Shown piece after piece: positions 9,902 to 21,399 of a DNA stretch of 64,000 nt; the first letter of the stretch is position 1, and each line of letters starts with the position of its first letter. Below the pieces are notes generated by a model that saw only the letters and a list, made by a program, of their open reading frames with translations, did no database searches and was not told the origin of the DNA. Source of the DNA: Eledone cirrhosa. Taxonomy: Eukaryota. The position numbers and the translations under genes are program-made. The stretch spans positions 130,882,001-130,946,000 of the forward strand of contig OZ024743.1 of assembly GCA_964016885.1 (NCBI GenBank), given 5' to 3'.

Positions 9902-12900
9902 TTGATGATTGGTACTTGGTGCTTGGTGTTTGGTGTTTGGTGCTTGGGGCTTGGTGTTTGGTGCTGCGTGCTTGGTGCTTGGTGCTTGGTGCTTGGTGCT
10001 TGGTGTTTTGTGTTTGGTGTTTGATGCTTGGTGCTTGGTGTTTGGTGTTTGGTGCTTGGTGTTTGGTGTTTGCTGTTTGCTGTTTGCTGTTTCGTGTTTG
10101 CTGTTTGGTGTTTGGTGTTTGGTGTTTGCTGTTTGGTGTTTGCTGTTTGGTGTTTGGTGCTTGCTGTTTGGTGCTTGGTGTTTGGTGCTTGGTGCTTGGT
10201 GTTTGGTGTTTGGTGTTTGGTGCTTGGTGCTTGGGGCTTGATTTGGTGCTTGGTGCTTGGTGCTTGGTGTTTGGTGTTTGGTGCTTGGTGTTTGGTGCTT
10301 GGTGCTTGGTGCTGGGTGTTTGGTGCTTGGTGTTTGGTGCATGGTGCTTGGTGCTTGTTGTTTGTCGCTTGTTGCTTGGTGCTTGGTGTTTGGTGCTTGG
10401 TGCTTGGTGTTTGGTGTTTGGTGCTTGGTGCTTGGTTTTTGGTGTTTGGTGCTTGGTGTTTGGTGTTTGGTGCTTGGTGCTTGGTGTTTGCTGCTTGGTA
10501 CTTGGTGCATGGTGTTTGGTGCTGGGTGCTTGGTGTTTGGTGCTTGGTGTTTGGTGCTTGGTGCTTGGTGTTTGGTGTTTGGTGTTTGATGCTTGGTGTT
10601 TTATGCTTGGTGCTTGGTGTTTGGTGCTTGGTGTTTGTACTTGGTGCTTGGTGCTTGGTGTTTTGTGCTTGGTTCTTGGTGTTTGGTGTTTGGTGCTTGG
10701 TACTTGGTGCTTGGTGTTAGGTGTTTGGTGCTTGGTGCTTGGTGTTTGGTGTTTGGTCCCTGGTGCTTGGTGCTTGGTGTTTAGTGCTTGGTGCTTGGTG
10801 TTTGTTGTTTGGTGCTTTCTGCTTGCTGCTTGGTGTTTGCTGCTTGGTGCTTGGTGCTTGGTGTTTGGTGTTTGGTGCTAGGTGCTTGGTGTTTGGTGTT
10901 TGGTGTTTGATGCTTGGTGTTTGGGTCTTGGTGTTTGGTGCTTGGTGTTTGTACTTGGTGCTTGGTGTTTTGTGCTTGGTTCTTTGTGTTTGGTGTTTGG
11001 TGCTTGGTGCTTGGTGCTTGGTGTTAGGTGTTTGGTGCTTGGTGCTTGGTGTTTGGTGTTTGGTGTTTGGTACTAGGTGCTTGGTGATTGGTGTTTGGCG
11101 CTTGGTGCTTGGTGTTTGGTGTTTGGTGTTTGGTGCTTGCTGCTTGGTGCTTGGTGCTGGGTGGTTGGTGTTTGGTGCTTGGTGATTAGTGTTTGGTGCT
11201 AGGTGCTTGGGGTTTGGTGTTTGGTGCTTGGTGCTTGGTGTTTGGTGCTTGGTGCTTGGTGTTTGGTGCTTGGTGCTTGGTGTTTGGTGTTTGCTGTTTG
11301 CTGTTTGGTGTTTGTTGTTTGGTGTTTGTTGTTTGGTGTTTGCTGTTTGGTGTTTGGTATTTGGTGTTTGCTGTTTGGTGTCTGCTTTTTGGTGTTTGGT
11401 GTTTGCTGTATGTTGTTTGCTGTTTGGTGTTTGGTGTTTGGTGTTTGGTGTTTGGTGCTTGGTGCTTGGTGTTTGGTGCTTGGTACTTGGTGTTTGGTGG
11501 CTGGTGCTTGGTACTTGGTGTTTGGTGTTTGGTGCTTGGTGCTTGGTGCTTGGAGTTTGGTGTTTGGTGCTTGGTGCTTGGTGTTTTGTGTTTGGTGTTT
11601 GGTTTTTGGTGCTTGGTGCTTGGTGCTTGGTACTTAGTCCTTGGTGTTTGGTGCTTGGTGCTTGGTGTTTGTACTTGGTGCTTGGTGCTTGGTGTTTGGT
11701 TCTTGGTTCTTGGTGTTTGGTACTTGGTGCTTGGTGCTTGGTGCTTGGTGTTTGGTGTTTGGTGCTTGGTGTTTGGTGCTTGGTGCTTGGTGCTTGGTGC
11801 TTGGTGTTAGGTGTTTGGTGCTTGGTGCTTGGTGTTTGGTGCTTGGTGTTTGCTGTCTGGTGTTTGGTGTTTGGTGTTTGGTGTTTGCTGTTTGGTGTCT
11901 GCTTTTTGGTGTTTGGTGTTTGCTGTATGGTGTTTGCTGTTTGGTGTTTGGTGCTTCGTGTTTGGTGTTTGGTCTTTGGTGATTGGTGTCTGGTGCTTGA
12001 TGTTTGGTGTTTGGTGTTTGGTGCTTGGTGCTTGGTGTTTGTTGCTTGGTGCTTGGTGTTTGTACTTGGTGCTTGGTGCTTGGTGTTTGGTGCTTGGTTC
12101 TTGGTGTTTGGTGCTTGGTGTTTGGTGCTTGGTGCTTGGTGTTTGGTGCTTGGTGCTTGGTGTTTGGTGTTTGGTGCTTGGTGCTTGGTGCTTGGTGTTA
12201 GGTGTTTGGTGCTTGGTGCTTGGTGTTTAGTGTTTGGTTCTTGGTGCTTGGTATTTGGTGCTTGGTGCTTGCTGCTTGGTGTTTGGTGCTTGGTGATTGA
12301 TGCTTGGTGTTTGGTGCTTGGTGCCCAGTGTTTGGTTTTTGGTGCTAGGTGCTTGGTGCATGGTGTTTGGTGCTTGGTGTTTGGTGTTTGGTGGTTGGTG
12401 CTTGGGATTGGTGTTTGGTACTTGGTGCTTGGTGCTTGGTGTTTGGTGCTTGGTGCTTGGTGTTTGGTGTTTGGTGCTTGGTGCTTGGTATTTGGTGCTT
12501 GGTGCTTGGTGTTTGGTGTTTGGTGCTTGGTGCTTGGTGTTTGGTGCTTGGTGCTTGGTGCTTGTTGTTTGGTGATTGGTGCTTGGTGCTTGGTGTTTGG
12601 TGTTTGGTGCTTGGGGCTTGGTGTTTGGTGCTGCGTGCTTGGTGCTTGGTGCTTGATGCTTGGTGCTTGGTGTTTGATGCTTGGTGTTTGATGCTTTGTG
12701 TTTGGTGTTTGGTGTTTGGTGCTTGGTGTTTGGTGTTTGATGCTTGGTGCTTGATGCTTGGTGCTTGGTGCTTGGTGTTTGGTGCTTGGTGCTTGGTGTT
12801 TGGTGTTTGGTGCTTGGTGCTTGGTGTTTGGTGCTTGGTGCTTGGTGCTTGTTGTTTGATGATTGGTACTTGGTGCTTGGTGTTTGGTGTTTGGTGCTTG

Positions 12901-13880
12901 GGGCTTGGTGTTTGGTGCTGCGTGCTTGGTGCTTGGTGCTTGGTGCTTGGTGCTTGGTGTTTTGTGTTTGGTGTTTGGTGCTTGGTGCTTGGTGTTTGGT
13001 GTTTGGTGCTTGGTGTTTGGTGTTTGCTGTTTGCTGTTTGCTGTTTCGTGTTTGCTGTTTGGTGTTTGGTGTTTGGTGTTTGCTGTTTGGTGTTTGCTGT
13101 TTGGTGTTTGGTGCTTGCTGTTTGGTGCTTGGTGTTTGGTGCTTGGTGCTTGGTGTTTGGTGTTTGGTGTTTGGTGCTTGGTGCTTGGGGCTTGATTTGG
13201 TGCTTGGTGCTTGGTGCTTGGTGTTTGGTGTTTGGTGCTTGGTGTTTGGTGCTTGGTGCTTGGTGCTGGGTGTTTGGTGCTTGGTGTTTGGTGCATGGTG
13301 CTTGGTGCTTGTTGTTTGTCGCTTGTTGCTTGGTGCTTGGTGTTTGGTGCTTGGTGCTTGGTGTTTGGTGTTTGGTGCTTGGTGCTTGGTTTTTGGTGTT
13401 TGGTGCTTGGTGTTTGGTGTTTGGTGCTTGGTGCTTGGTGTTTGCTGCTTGGTACTTGGTGCATGGTGTTTGGTGCTGGGTGCTTGGTGTTTGGTGCTTG
13501 GTGTTTGGTGCTTGGTGCTTGGTGTTTGGTGTTTGGTGTTTGATGCTTGGTGTTTTATGCTTGGTACTTGGTGTATGGTGCTTGGTGTTTGTACTTGGTG
13601 CTTGGTGCTTGGTGTTTTGTGCTTGGTTCTTGGTGTTTGGTGTTTGGTGCTTGGTACTTGGTGCTTGGTGTTAGGTGTTTGGTGCTTGGTGCTTGGTGTT
13701 TGGTGTTTGGTCCTTGGTGCTTGGTGCTTGGTGTTTAGTGCTTGGTGCTTGGTGTTTGTTGTTTGGTGCTTTCTGCTTGCTGCTTGGTGTTTGCTGCTTG
13801 GTGCTTGGTGCTTGGTGCTTGGTGTTTGGTGCTAGGTGCTTGGTGTTTGGTGTTTGGTGTTTGATGCTTGGTGTTTGGTG
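7975..13880. repeat. ~2,955 bp tandem duplication (junction near 10925)
   Basis: Offset is 2955 (8234/11189), then 2954 (9790/12744; TTGAT at 10238/13192) after a 1-bp loss at 12402-12407. 2955 = 423x7 - 6 (four 6-mers plus one 5-mer). Confidence 0.85.
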
Positions 13881-16800
13881 CTTGGCGCTTGGTGCTTGGT
13901 GTTTGGTGTTTGGTGTTTGGTGCTTGCTGCTTGGTGCTTGGTGCTGGGTGGTTGGTGTTTGGTGCTTGGTGATTAGTGTTTGGTGCTAGGTGCTTGGGGT
14001 TTGGTGTTTGGTGCTTGGTGCTTGGTGTTTGGTGCTTGGTGCTTGGTGTTTGGTGCTTGGTGCTTGGTGTTTGGTGTTTGCTGTTTGCTGTTTGTTGTTT
14101 GTTGTTTGGTGTTTGTTGTTTGCTGTTTGCTGTTTGGTGTTTGGTATTTGGTGTTTGCTGTTTGGTGTCTGCTTTTTGGTGTTTGGTGTTTGCTGTATGT
14201 TGTTTGCTGTTTGGTGTTTGGTGTTTGGTGTTTGGTGTTTGGTGCTTGGTGCTTGGTGTTTGGTGCTTGGTGCTTGGTGTTTGGTGCCTGGTGCTTGGTA
14301 CTTGGTGTTTGGTGTTTGGTGCTTGGTGCTTGGTGCTTGGAGTTTGGTGTTTGGTGCTTGGTGCTTGGTGTTTTGTGTTTGGTGTTTGGTTTTTGGTGCT
14401 TGGTGCTTGGTGCTTGGTACTTAGTCCTTGGTGTTTGGTGCTTGGTGCTTGGTGTTTGTACTTGGTGCTTGGTGCTTGGTGTTTGGTTCTTGGTTCTTGG
14501 TGTTTGGTACTTCGTGCTTGGTGCTTGGTGCTTGGTGTTTGGTGTTTGGTGCTTGGTGTTTGGTGCTTGGTGCTTGGTGCTTGGTGCTTGGTGTTAGGTG
14601 TTTGGTGCTTGGTGCTTGGTGTTTGGTGCTTGGTGTTTGCTGTCTGGTGTTTGGTGTTTGGTGTTTGGTGTTTGCTGTTTGGTGTCTGCTTTTTGGTGTT
14701 TGGTGTTTGCTGTATGGTGTTTGCTGTTTGGTGTTTGGTGCTTCGTGTTTGGTGTTTGGTCTTTGGTGATTGGTGTCTGGTGCTTGATGTTTGGTGTTTG
14801 GTGTTTGGTGCTTGGTGTTTGGTGTTTGGTGCTTGGTGCTTGGTGTTTGTACTTGGTGCTTGGTGCTTGGTGTTTGGTGCTTGGTTCTTGGTGTTTGGTG
14901 CTTGGTGTTTGGTGCTTGGTGCTTGGTGTTTGGTGCTTGGTGCTTGGTGTTTGGTGTTTGGTGCTTGGTGCTTGGTGCTTGGTGTTAGGTGTTTGGTGCT
15001 TGGTGCTTGGTGTTTAGTGTTTGGTTCTTGGTGCTTGGTATTTGGTGCTTGGTGCTTGCTGCTTGGAGTTTGGTGCTTGGTGATTGATGCTTGGTGTTTG
15101 GTGCTTGGTGCCCAGTGTTTGGTTTTTGGTGCTAGGTGCTTGGTGCATGGTGTTTGGTGCTTGGTGTTTGGTGTTTGGTGGTTGGTGCTTGGGGATTGGT
15201 GTTTGGTACTTGGTGCTTGGTGCTTGGTGTTTGGTGCTTGGTGCTTGGTGTTTGGTGTTTGGTGCTTGGTGCTTGGTATTTGGTGCTTGGTGCTTGGGCT
15301 TTGGTGTTTGGTGCTTGGTGCTTGGTGTTTGTTGCTTGGTACTTGGTTCATGGTGTTTGGTGCTGGGTGCTTGGTGTTTGGTGCTTGGTGCTTGGTGTTT
15401 GGTGTTTGGTGCTTGGTGTTTGGTGTTTGGTGCTTGGTGCTTGGTGTTTGTTGCTTGGTACTTGGTGCATGGTGTTTGGTGCTGGGTGCTTGGTGTTTGG
15501 TGCTTGGTGTTTGGTGCTTGGTGCTTGGTGTTTGGTGTTTGGTGTTTGATGCTTGGTGTTTGATGCTTGGTGCTTGGTGCTTGGTGTTTGGTGCTTGGTG
15601 TTTGTACTTGGTGCTTGGTGTTTTGTGCATGGTTCTTTGTGTTTGGTGTTTGGTGCTTGGTGCTTGGTGCTTGGTGTTAGGTGTTTGGTGCTTGGTGCTT
15701 GGTGTTTGGTGTTTGGTACTAGGTGCTTGGTGATTGGTGTTTGGCGCTTGGTGCTTGGTGTTTGGTGTTTGGTGTTTGGTGCTTGCTGCTTGGTGCTTGG
15801 TGCTGGGTGGTTGGTGTTTGGTGCTTGGTGATTAGTGTTTGGTGCTAGGTGCTTGGGGTTTGGTGTTTGGTGCTTGGTGCTTGGTGTTTGGTGCTTGGTG
15901 CTTGGTGTTTGGTGTTTGGTGCTTGGTGTTTGGTGTTTGGTGTTTGCTGTTTGCTGTTTGGTGTTTGTTGTTTGGTGTTTGTTGTTTGGTGTTTGCTGTT
16001 TGGTGTTTGGTATTTGGTGTTTGCTGTTTGGTGTTTGGTGTTTGGTGTTTGGTGTTTGGTGCTTGGTGCTTGGTGTTTGGTGCTTGGTGCTTGGTGTTTG
16101 GTGCCTGGTGCTTGGTACTTGGTGTTTGGTGTTTGGTGCTTGGTGCTTGGTGCTTGGAGTTTGGTGTTTGGTGCTTGGTGCTTGGTGTTTTGTGTTTGGT
16201 GTTTGGTTTTTGGTGCTTGGTGCTTGGTGCTTGGTACTTAGTCCTTGGTGTTTGGTGCTTGGTGCTTGGTGTTTGTACTTGGTGCTTGGTGCTTGGTGTT
16301 TGGTTCTTGGTTCTTGGTGTTTGGTACTTGGTGCTTGGTGCTTGGTGCTTGGTGTTTGGTGTTTGGTGCTTGGTGTTTGGTGCTTGGTGCTTGGTGCTTG
16401 GTGCTTGGTGTTAGGTGTTTGGTGCTTGGTGCTTGGTGTTTGGTGCTTGGTGTTTGCTGTCTGGTGTTTGGTGTTTGGTGTTTGGTGTTTGCTGTTTGGT
16501 GTCTGCTTTTTGGTGTTTGGTGTTTGCTGTATGGTGTTTGCTGTTTGGTGTTTGGTGCTTCGTGTTTGGTGTTTGGTCTTTGGTGATTGGTGTCTGGGGC
16601 TTGATGTTTGGTGTTTGGTGTTTGGTGCTTGGTGCTTGGTGTTTGGTGCTTGGTGCTTGGTGTTTGTACTTGGTGCTTGGTGCTTGGTGTTTGGTGCTTG
16701 GTTCTTGGTGTTTGGTGCTTGGTGTTTGGTGCTTGGTGCTTGGTGTTTGGTGCTTGGTGCTTGGTGTTTGGTGTTTGGTGCTTGGTGCTTGGTGCTTGGT

Positions 16801-19800
16801 GTTAGGTGTTTGGTGCTTGGTGCTTGGTGTTTAGTGTTTGGTTCTTGGTGCTTGGTATTTGGTGCTTGGTGCTTGCTGCTTGGTGTTTGGTGCTTGGTGA
16901 TTGATGCTTGGTGTTTGGTGCTTGGTGCCCAGTGTTTGGTTTTTGGTGCTAGGTGCTTGGTGCATGGTGTTTGGTGCTTGGTGTTTGGTGTTTGGTGGTT
17001 GGTGCTTGGGGATTGGTGTTTGGTACTTGGTCCTTGGTGCTTGGTGTTTGGTGCTTGGTGCTTGGTGTTTGGTGTTTGGTGCTTGGTGCTTGGTATTTGG
17101 TGCTTGGTGCTTGGTGTTTGGTGTTTGGTGCTTGGTGCTTGGTGTTTGGTGCTTGGTGCTTGGTGCTTGTTGTTTGGTGATTGGTGCTTGGTGCTTGGTG
17201 TTTGGTGTTTGGTGCTTGGGGCTTGGTGTTTGGTGCTGCGTGCTTGGTGCTTGGTGCTTGATGCTTGGTGCTTGGTGTTTGATGCTTGGTGTTTGATGCT
17301 TTGTGTTTGGTGTTTGGTGTTTGGTGCTTGGTGTTTGGTGTTTGATGCTTGGTGCTTGATGCTTGGTGCTTGGTGCTTGGTGTTTGGTGCTTGGTGCTTG
17401 GTGTTTGGTGTTTGGTGCTTGGTGCTTGGTGTTTGGTGCTTGGTGCTTGGTGCTTGTTTTTGATGATTGGTACTTGGTGCTTGGTGTTTGGTGTTTGGTG
17501 CTTGGGGCTTGGTGTTTGGTGCTGCGTGCTTGGTGCTTGGTGCTTGGTGCTTGGTGCTTGGTGTTTTGTGTTTGGTGTTTGATGCTTGGTGCTTGGTGTT
17601 TGGTGTTTGGTGCTTGGTGTTTGGTGTTTGCTGTTTGCTGTTTGCTGTTTCGTGTTTGCTGTTTCGTGTTTGGTGTTTGGTGTTTGCTGTTTGGTGTTTG
17701 CTGTTTGGTGTTTGGTGCTTGCTGTTTGGTGCTTGGTGTTTGGTGCTTGGTGCTTGGTGTTTGGTGTTTGGTGTTTGGTGCTTGGTGCTTGGGGCTTGAT
17801 TTGGTGCTTGGTGCTTGGTGCTTGGTGTTTGGTGTTTGGTGCTTGGTGTTTGGTGCTTGGTGCTTGGTGCTGGGTGTTTGGTGCTTGGTGTTTGGTGCAT
17901 GGTGCTTGGTGCTTGTTGTTTGTCGCTTGTTGCTTGGTGCTTGGTGTTTGGTGCTTGGTGCTTGGTGTTTGGTGTTTGGTGCTTGGTGCTTGGTTTTTGG
18001 TGTTTGGTGCTTGGTGTTTGGTGTTTGGTGCTTGGTGCTTGGTGTTTGCTGCTTGGTACTTGGTGCACGGTGTTTGGTGCTGGGTGCTTGGTGTTTGGTG
18101 CTTGGTGTTTGGTGCTTGGTGCTTGGTGTTTGGTGTTTGGTGTTTGATGCTTGGTGTTTTATGCTTGGTGCTTGGTGTTTGGTGCTTGGTGTTTGTACTT
18201 GGTGCTTGGTGCTTGGTGTTTTGTGCTTGGTTCTTGGTGTTTGGTGTTTGGTGCTTGGTACTTGGTGCTTGGTGTTAGGTGTTTGGTGCTTGGTGCTTGG
18301 TGTTTGGTGTTTGGTCCTTGGTGCTTGGTGCTTGGTGTTTAGTGCTTGGTGCTTGGTGTTTGTTGTTTGGTGCTTTCTGCTTGCTGCTTGGTGTTTGCTG
18401 CTTGGTGCTTGGTGCTTGGTGTTTGGTGTTTGGTGCTAGGTGCTTGGTGTTTGGTGTTTGGTGTTTGATGCTTGGTGTTTGGTGCTTGGTGTTTGGTGCT
18501 TGGTGTTTGTACTTGGTGCTTGGTGTTTTGTGCTTGGTTCTTTGTGTTTGGTGTTTGGTGCTTGGTGCTTGGTGCTTGGTGTTAGATGTTTGGTGCTTGG
18601 TGCTTGGTGTTTGGTGTTTGGTACTAGGTGCTTGGTGATTGGTGTTTGGTATTTGGTGTTTGCTGTTTGGTGTCTGCTTTTTGGTGTTTGGTGTTTGCTG
18701 TATGTTGTTTGCTGTTTGGTGTTTGGTGTTTGGTGTTTGGTGTTTGGTGCTTGGTGCTTGGTGTTTGGTGCTTGGTGCTTGGTGTTTGGTGCCTGGTGCT
18801 TGGTACTTGGTGTTTGGTGTTTGGTGCTTGGTGCTTGGTGCTTGGAGTTTGGTGTTTGGTGCTTGGTGCTTGGTGTTTTGTGTTTGGTGTTTGGTTTTTG
18901 GTGCTTGGTGCTTGGTGCTTGGTACTTAGTCCTTGGTGTTTGGTGCTTGGTGCTTGGTGTTTGTACTTGGTTCTTGGTGCTTGGTGTTTGGTTCTTGGCT
19001 CTTGGTGTTTGGTACTTGGTGCTTGGTGCTTGGTGCTTGGTGTTTGGTGTTTGGTGCTTGGTGTTTGGTGCTTGGTGCTTGGTGCTTGGTGCTTGGTGTT
19101 AGGTGTTTGGTGCTTGGTGCTTGGTGTTTGGTGCTTGGTGTTTGCTGTCTGGTGTTTGGTGTTTGGTGTTTGGTGTTTGCTGTTTGGTGTCTGCTTTTTG
19201 GTGTTTGGTGTTTGCTGTATGGTGTTTGCTGTTTGGTGTTTGGTGCTTCGTGTTTGGTGTTTGGTCTTTGGTGATTGGTGTCTGGTGCTTGATGTTTGGT
19301 GTTTGGTGTTTGGTGCTTGGTGCTTGGTGTTTGGTGCTTGGTGTTTGTACTTGGTGCTTGGTGCTTGGTGTTTGGTGCTTGGTTCTTGGTGTTTGGTGCT
19401 TGGTGTTTGGTGCTTGGTGCTTGGTGTTTGGTGCTTGGTGCTTGGTGTTTGGTGTTTGGTGCTTGGTGCTTGGTGCTTGGTGTTAGGTGTTTGGTGCTTG
19501 GTGCTTGGTGTTTAGTGTTTGGTTCTTGGTGCTTGGTATTTGGTGCTTGGTGCTTGCTGCTTGGTGTTTGGTGCTTGGTGATTGATGCTTGGTGTTTGGT
19601 GCTTGGTGCCCAGTGTTTGGTTTTTGGTGCTAGGTGCTTGGTGCATGGTGTTTGGTGCTTGGTGTTTGGTGTTTGGTGGTTGGTGCTTGGGGATTGGTGT
19701 TTGGTACTTGGTGCTTGGTGCTTGGTGTTTGGTGCTTGGTGCTTGGTGTTTGGTGTTTGGTGCTTGGTGCTTGGTATTTGGTGCTTGGTGCTTGGTGTTT

Positions 19801-20194
19801 GGTGTTTGGTGCTTGGTGCTTGTTGTTTGGTGATTGGTGCTTGGTGCTTGGTGTTTGGTGTTTGGTGCTTGGGGCTTGGTGTTTGGTGCTGCGTGCTTGG
19901 TGCTTGGTGCTTGGTGCTTGGTGCTTGGTGTTTGATGCTTGGTGTTCGATGCTTTGTGTTTGGTGTTTGGTGTTTGGTGCTTGGTGTTTGGTGTTTGATG
20001 CTTGGTGCTTGATGCTTGGTGCTTGGTGCTTGGTGTTTGGTGCTTGGTGCTTGGTGTTTGGTGTTTGGTGCTTGGTGCTTGGTGTTTGGTGCTTGGTGCT
20101 TGGTGCTTGTTGTTTGATGATTGGTACTTGGTGCTTGGTGTTTGGTGTTTGGTGCTTGGGGCTTGGTGTTTGGTGCTGCGTGCTTGGTGCTTGG

Positions 20195-20735
20195 TGCTTG
20201 GTGCTTGGTGCTTGGTGTTTTGTGTTTGGTGTTTGATGCTTGGTGCTTGGTGTTTGGTGTTTGGTGCTTGGTGTTTGGTGTTTGCTGTTTGCTGTTTGCT
20301 GTTTGGTGTTTGCTGTTTGGTGTTTGGTGTTTGGTGTTTGCTGTTTGGTGTTTGCTGTTTGGTGTTTGGTGCTTGCTGTTTGGTGCTTGGTGTTTGGTGC
20401 TTGGTGCTTGGTGTTTGGTGTTTGGTGTTTGGTGCTTGGTGCTTGGGGCTTGATTTGGTGCTTGGTGCTTGGTGCTTGGTGTTTTGTGTTTGGTGTTTGA
20501 TGCTTGGTGCTTGGTGTTTGGTGTTTGGTGCTTGGTGTTTGGTGTTTGCTGTTTGCTGTTTGCTGTTTGGTGTTTGCTGTTTGGTGTTTGGTGTTTGGTG
20601 TTTGCTGTTTGGTGTTTGCTGTTTGGTGTTTGGTGCTTGCTGTTTGGTGCTTGGTGTTTGGTGCTTGGTGCTTGGTGTTTGGTGTTTGGTCTTTGGTGCT
20701 TGGTGCTTGGGGCTTGATTTGGTGCTTGGTGCTTG
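20195..20735. repeat. 264 bp local tandem duplication
   Basis: TTGGGGC-TTGAT with the 5-mer at 20450 and 20714; ORF starts 20240/20504. 264 = 38x7 - 2. Confidence 0.88.
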
Positions 20736-21399
20736 GTGCTTGGTGTTTGGTGTTTGGTGCTTGGTGTTTGGTGCTTGGTGCTTGGTGCTGGGTGTTTGGT
20801 GCTTGGTGTTTGGTGCATGGTGCTTGGTGCTTGTTGTTTGTCGCTTGTTGCTTGGTGCTTGGTGTTTGGTGCTTGGTGCTTGGTGTTTGGTGTTTGGTGC
20901 TTGGTGCTTGGTTTTTGGTGTTTGGTGCTTGGTGTTTGGTGTTTGGTGCTTGGTGCTTGGTGTTTGCTGCTTGGTACTTGGTGCATGGTGTTTGGTGCTG
21001 GGTGCTTGGTGTTTGGTGCTTGGTGTTTGGTGCTTGGTGCTTGGTGTTTGGTGTTTGGTGTTTGATGCTTGGTGTTTTATGCTTGGTGCTTGGTGTTTGG
21101 TGCTTGGTGTTTGTACTTGGTGCTTGGTGCTTGGTGTTTTGTGCTTGGTTCTTGGTGTTTGGTGTTTGGTGCTTGGTACTTGGTGCTTGGTGTTAGGTGT
21201 TTGGTGCTTGGTGCTTGGTGTTTGGTGTTTGGTCCTTGGTGCTTGGTGCTTGGTGTTTAGTGCTTGGTGCTTGGTGTTTGTTGTTTGGTGCTTTCTGCTT
21301 GCTGCTTGGTGTTTGCTGCTTGGTGCTTGGTGCTTGGTGTTTGGTGTTTGGTGCTAGGTGCTTGGTGTTTGGTGTTTGGTGTTTGATGCTTGGTGTTTG

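Noticed and set aside
12402-12407. 6-bp TTGGGA unit (TTGGGGA in the other five copies) as a lineage marker
   Set aside because: It is a singleton 1-bp loss in a G homopolymer and could be a consensus error.
17454-17459. 6-bp TTGTTT unit (TTGTTGT in paralogues such as 9895)
   Set aside because: It is a singleton next to a T run and cannot be distinguished from a sequencing error.
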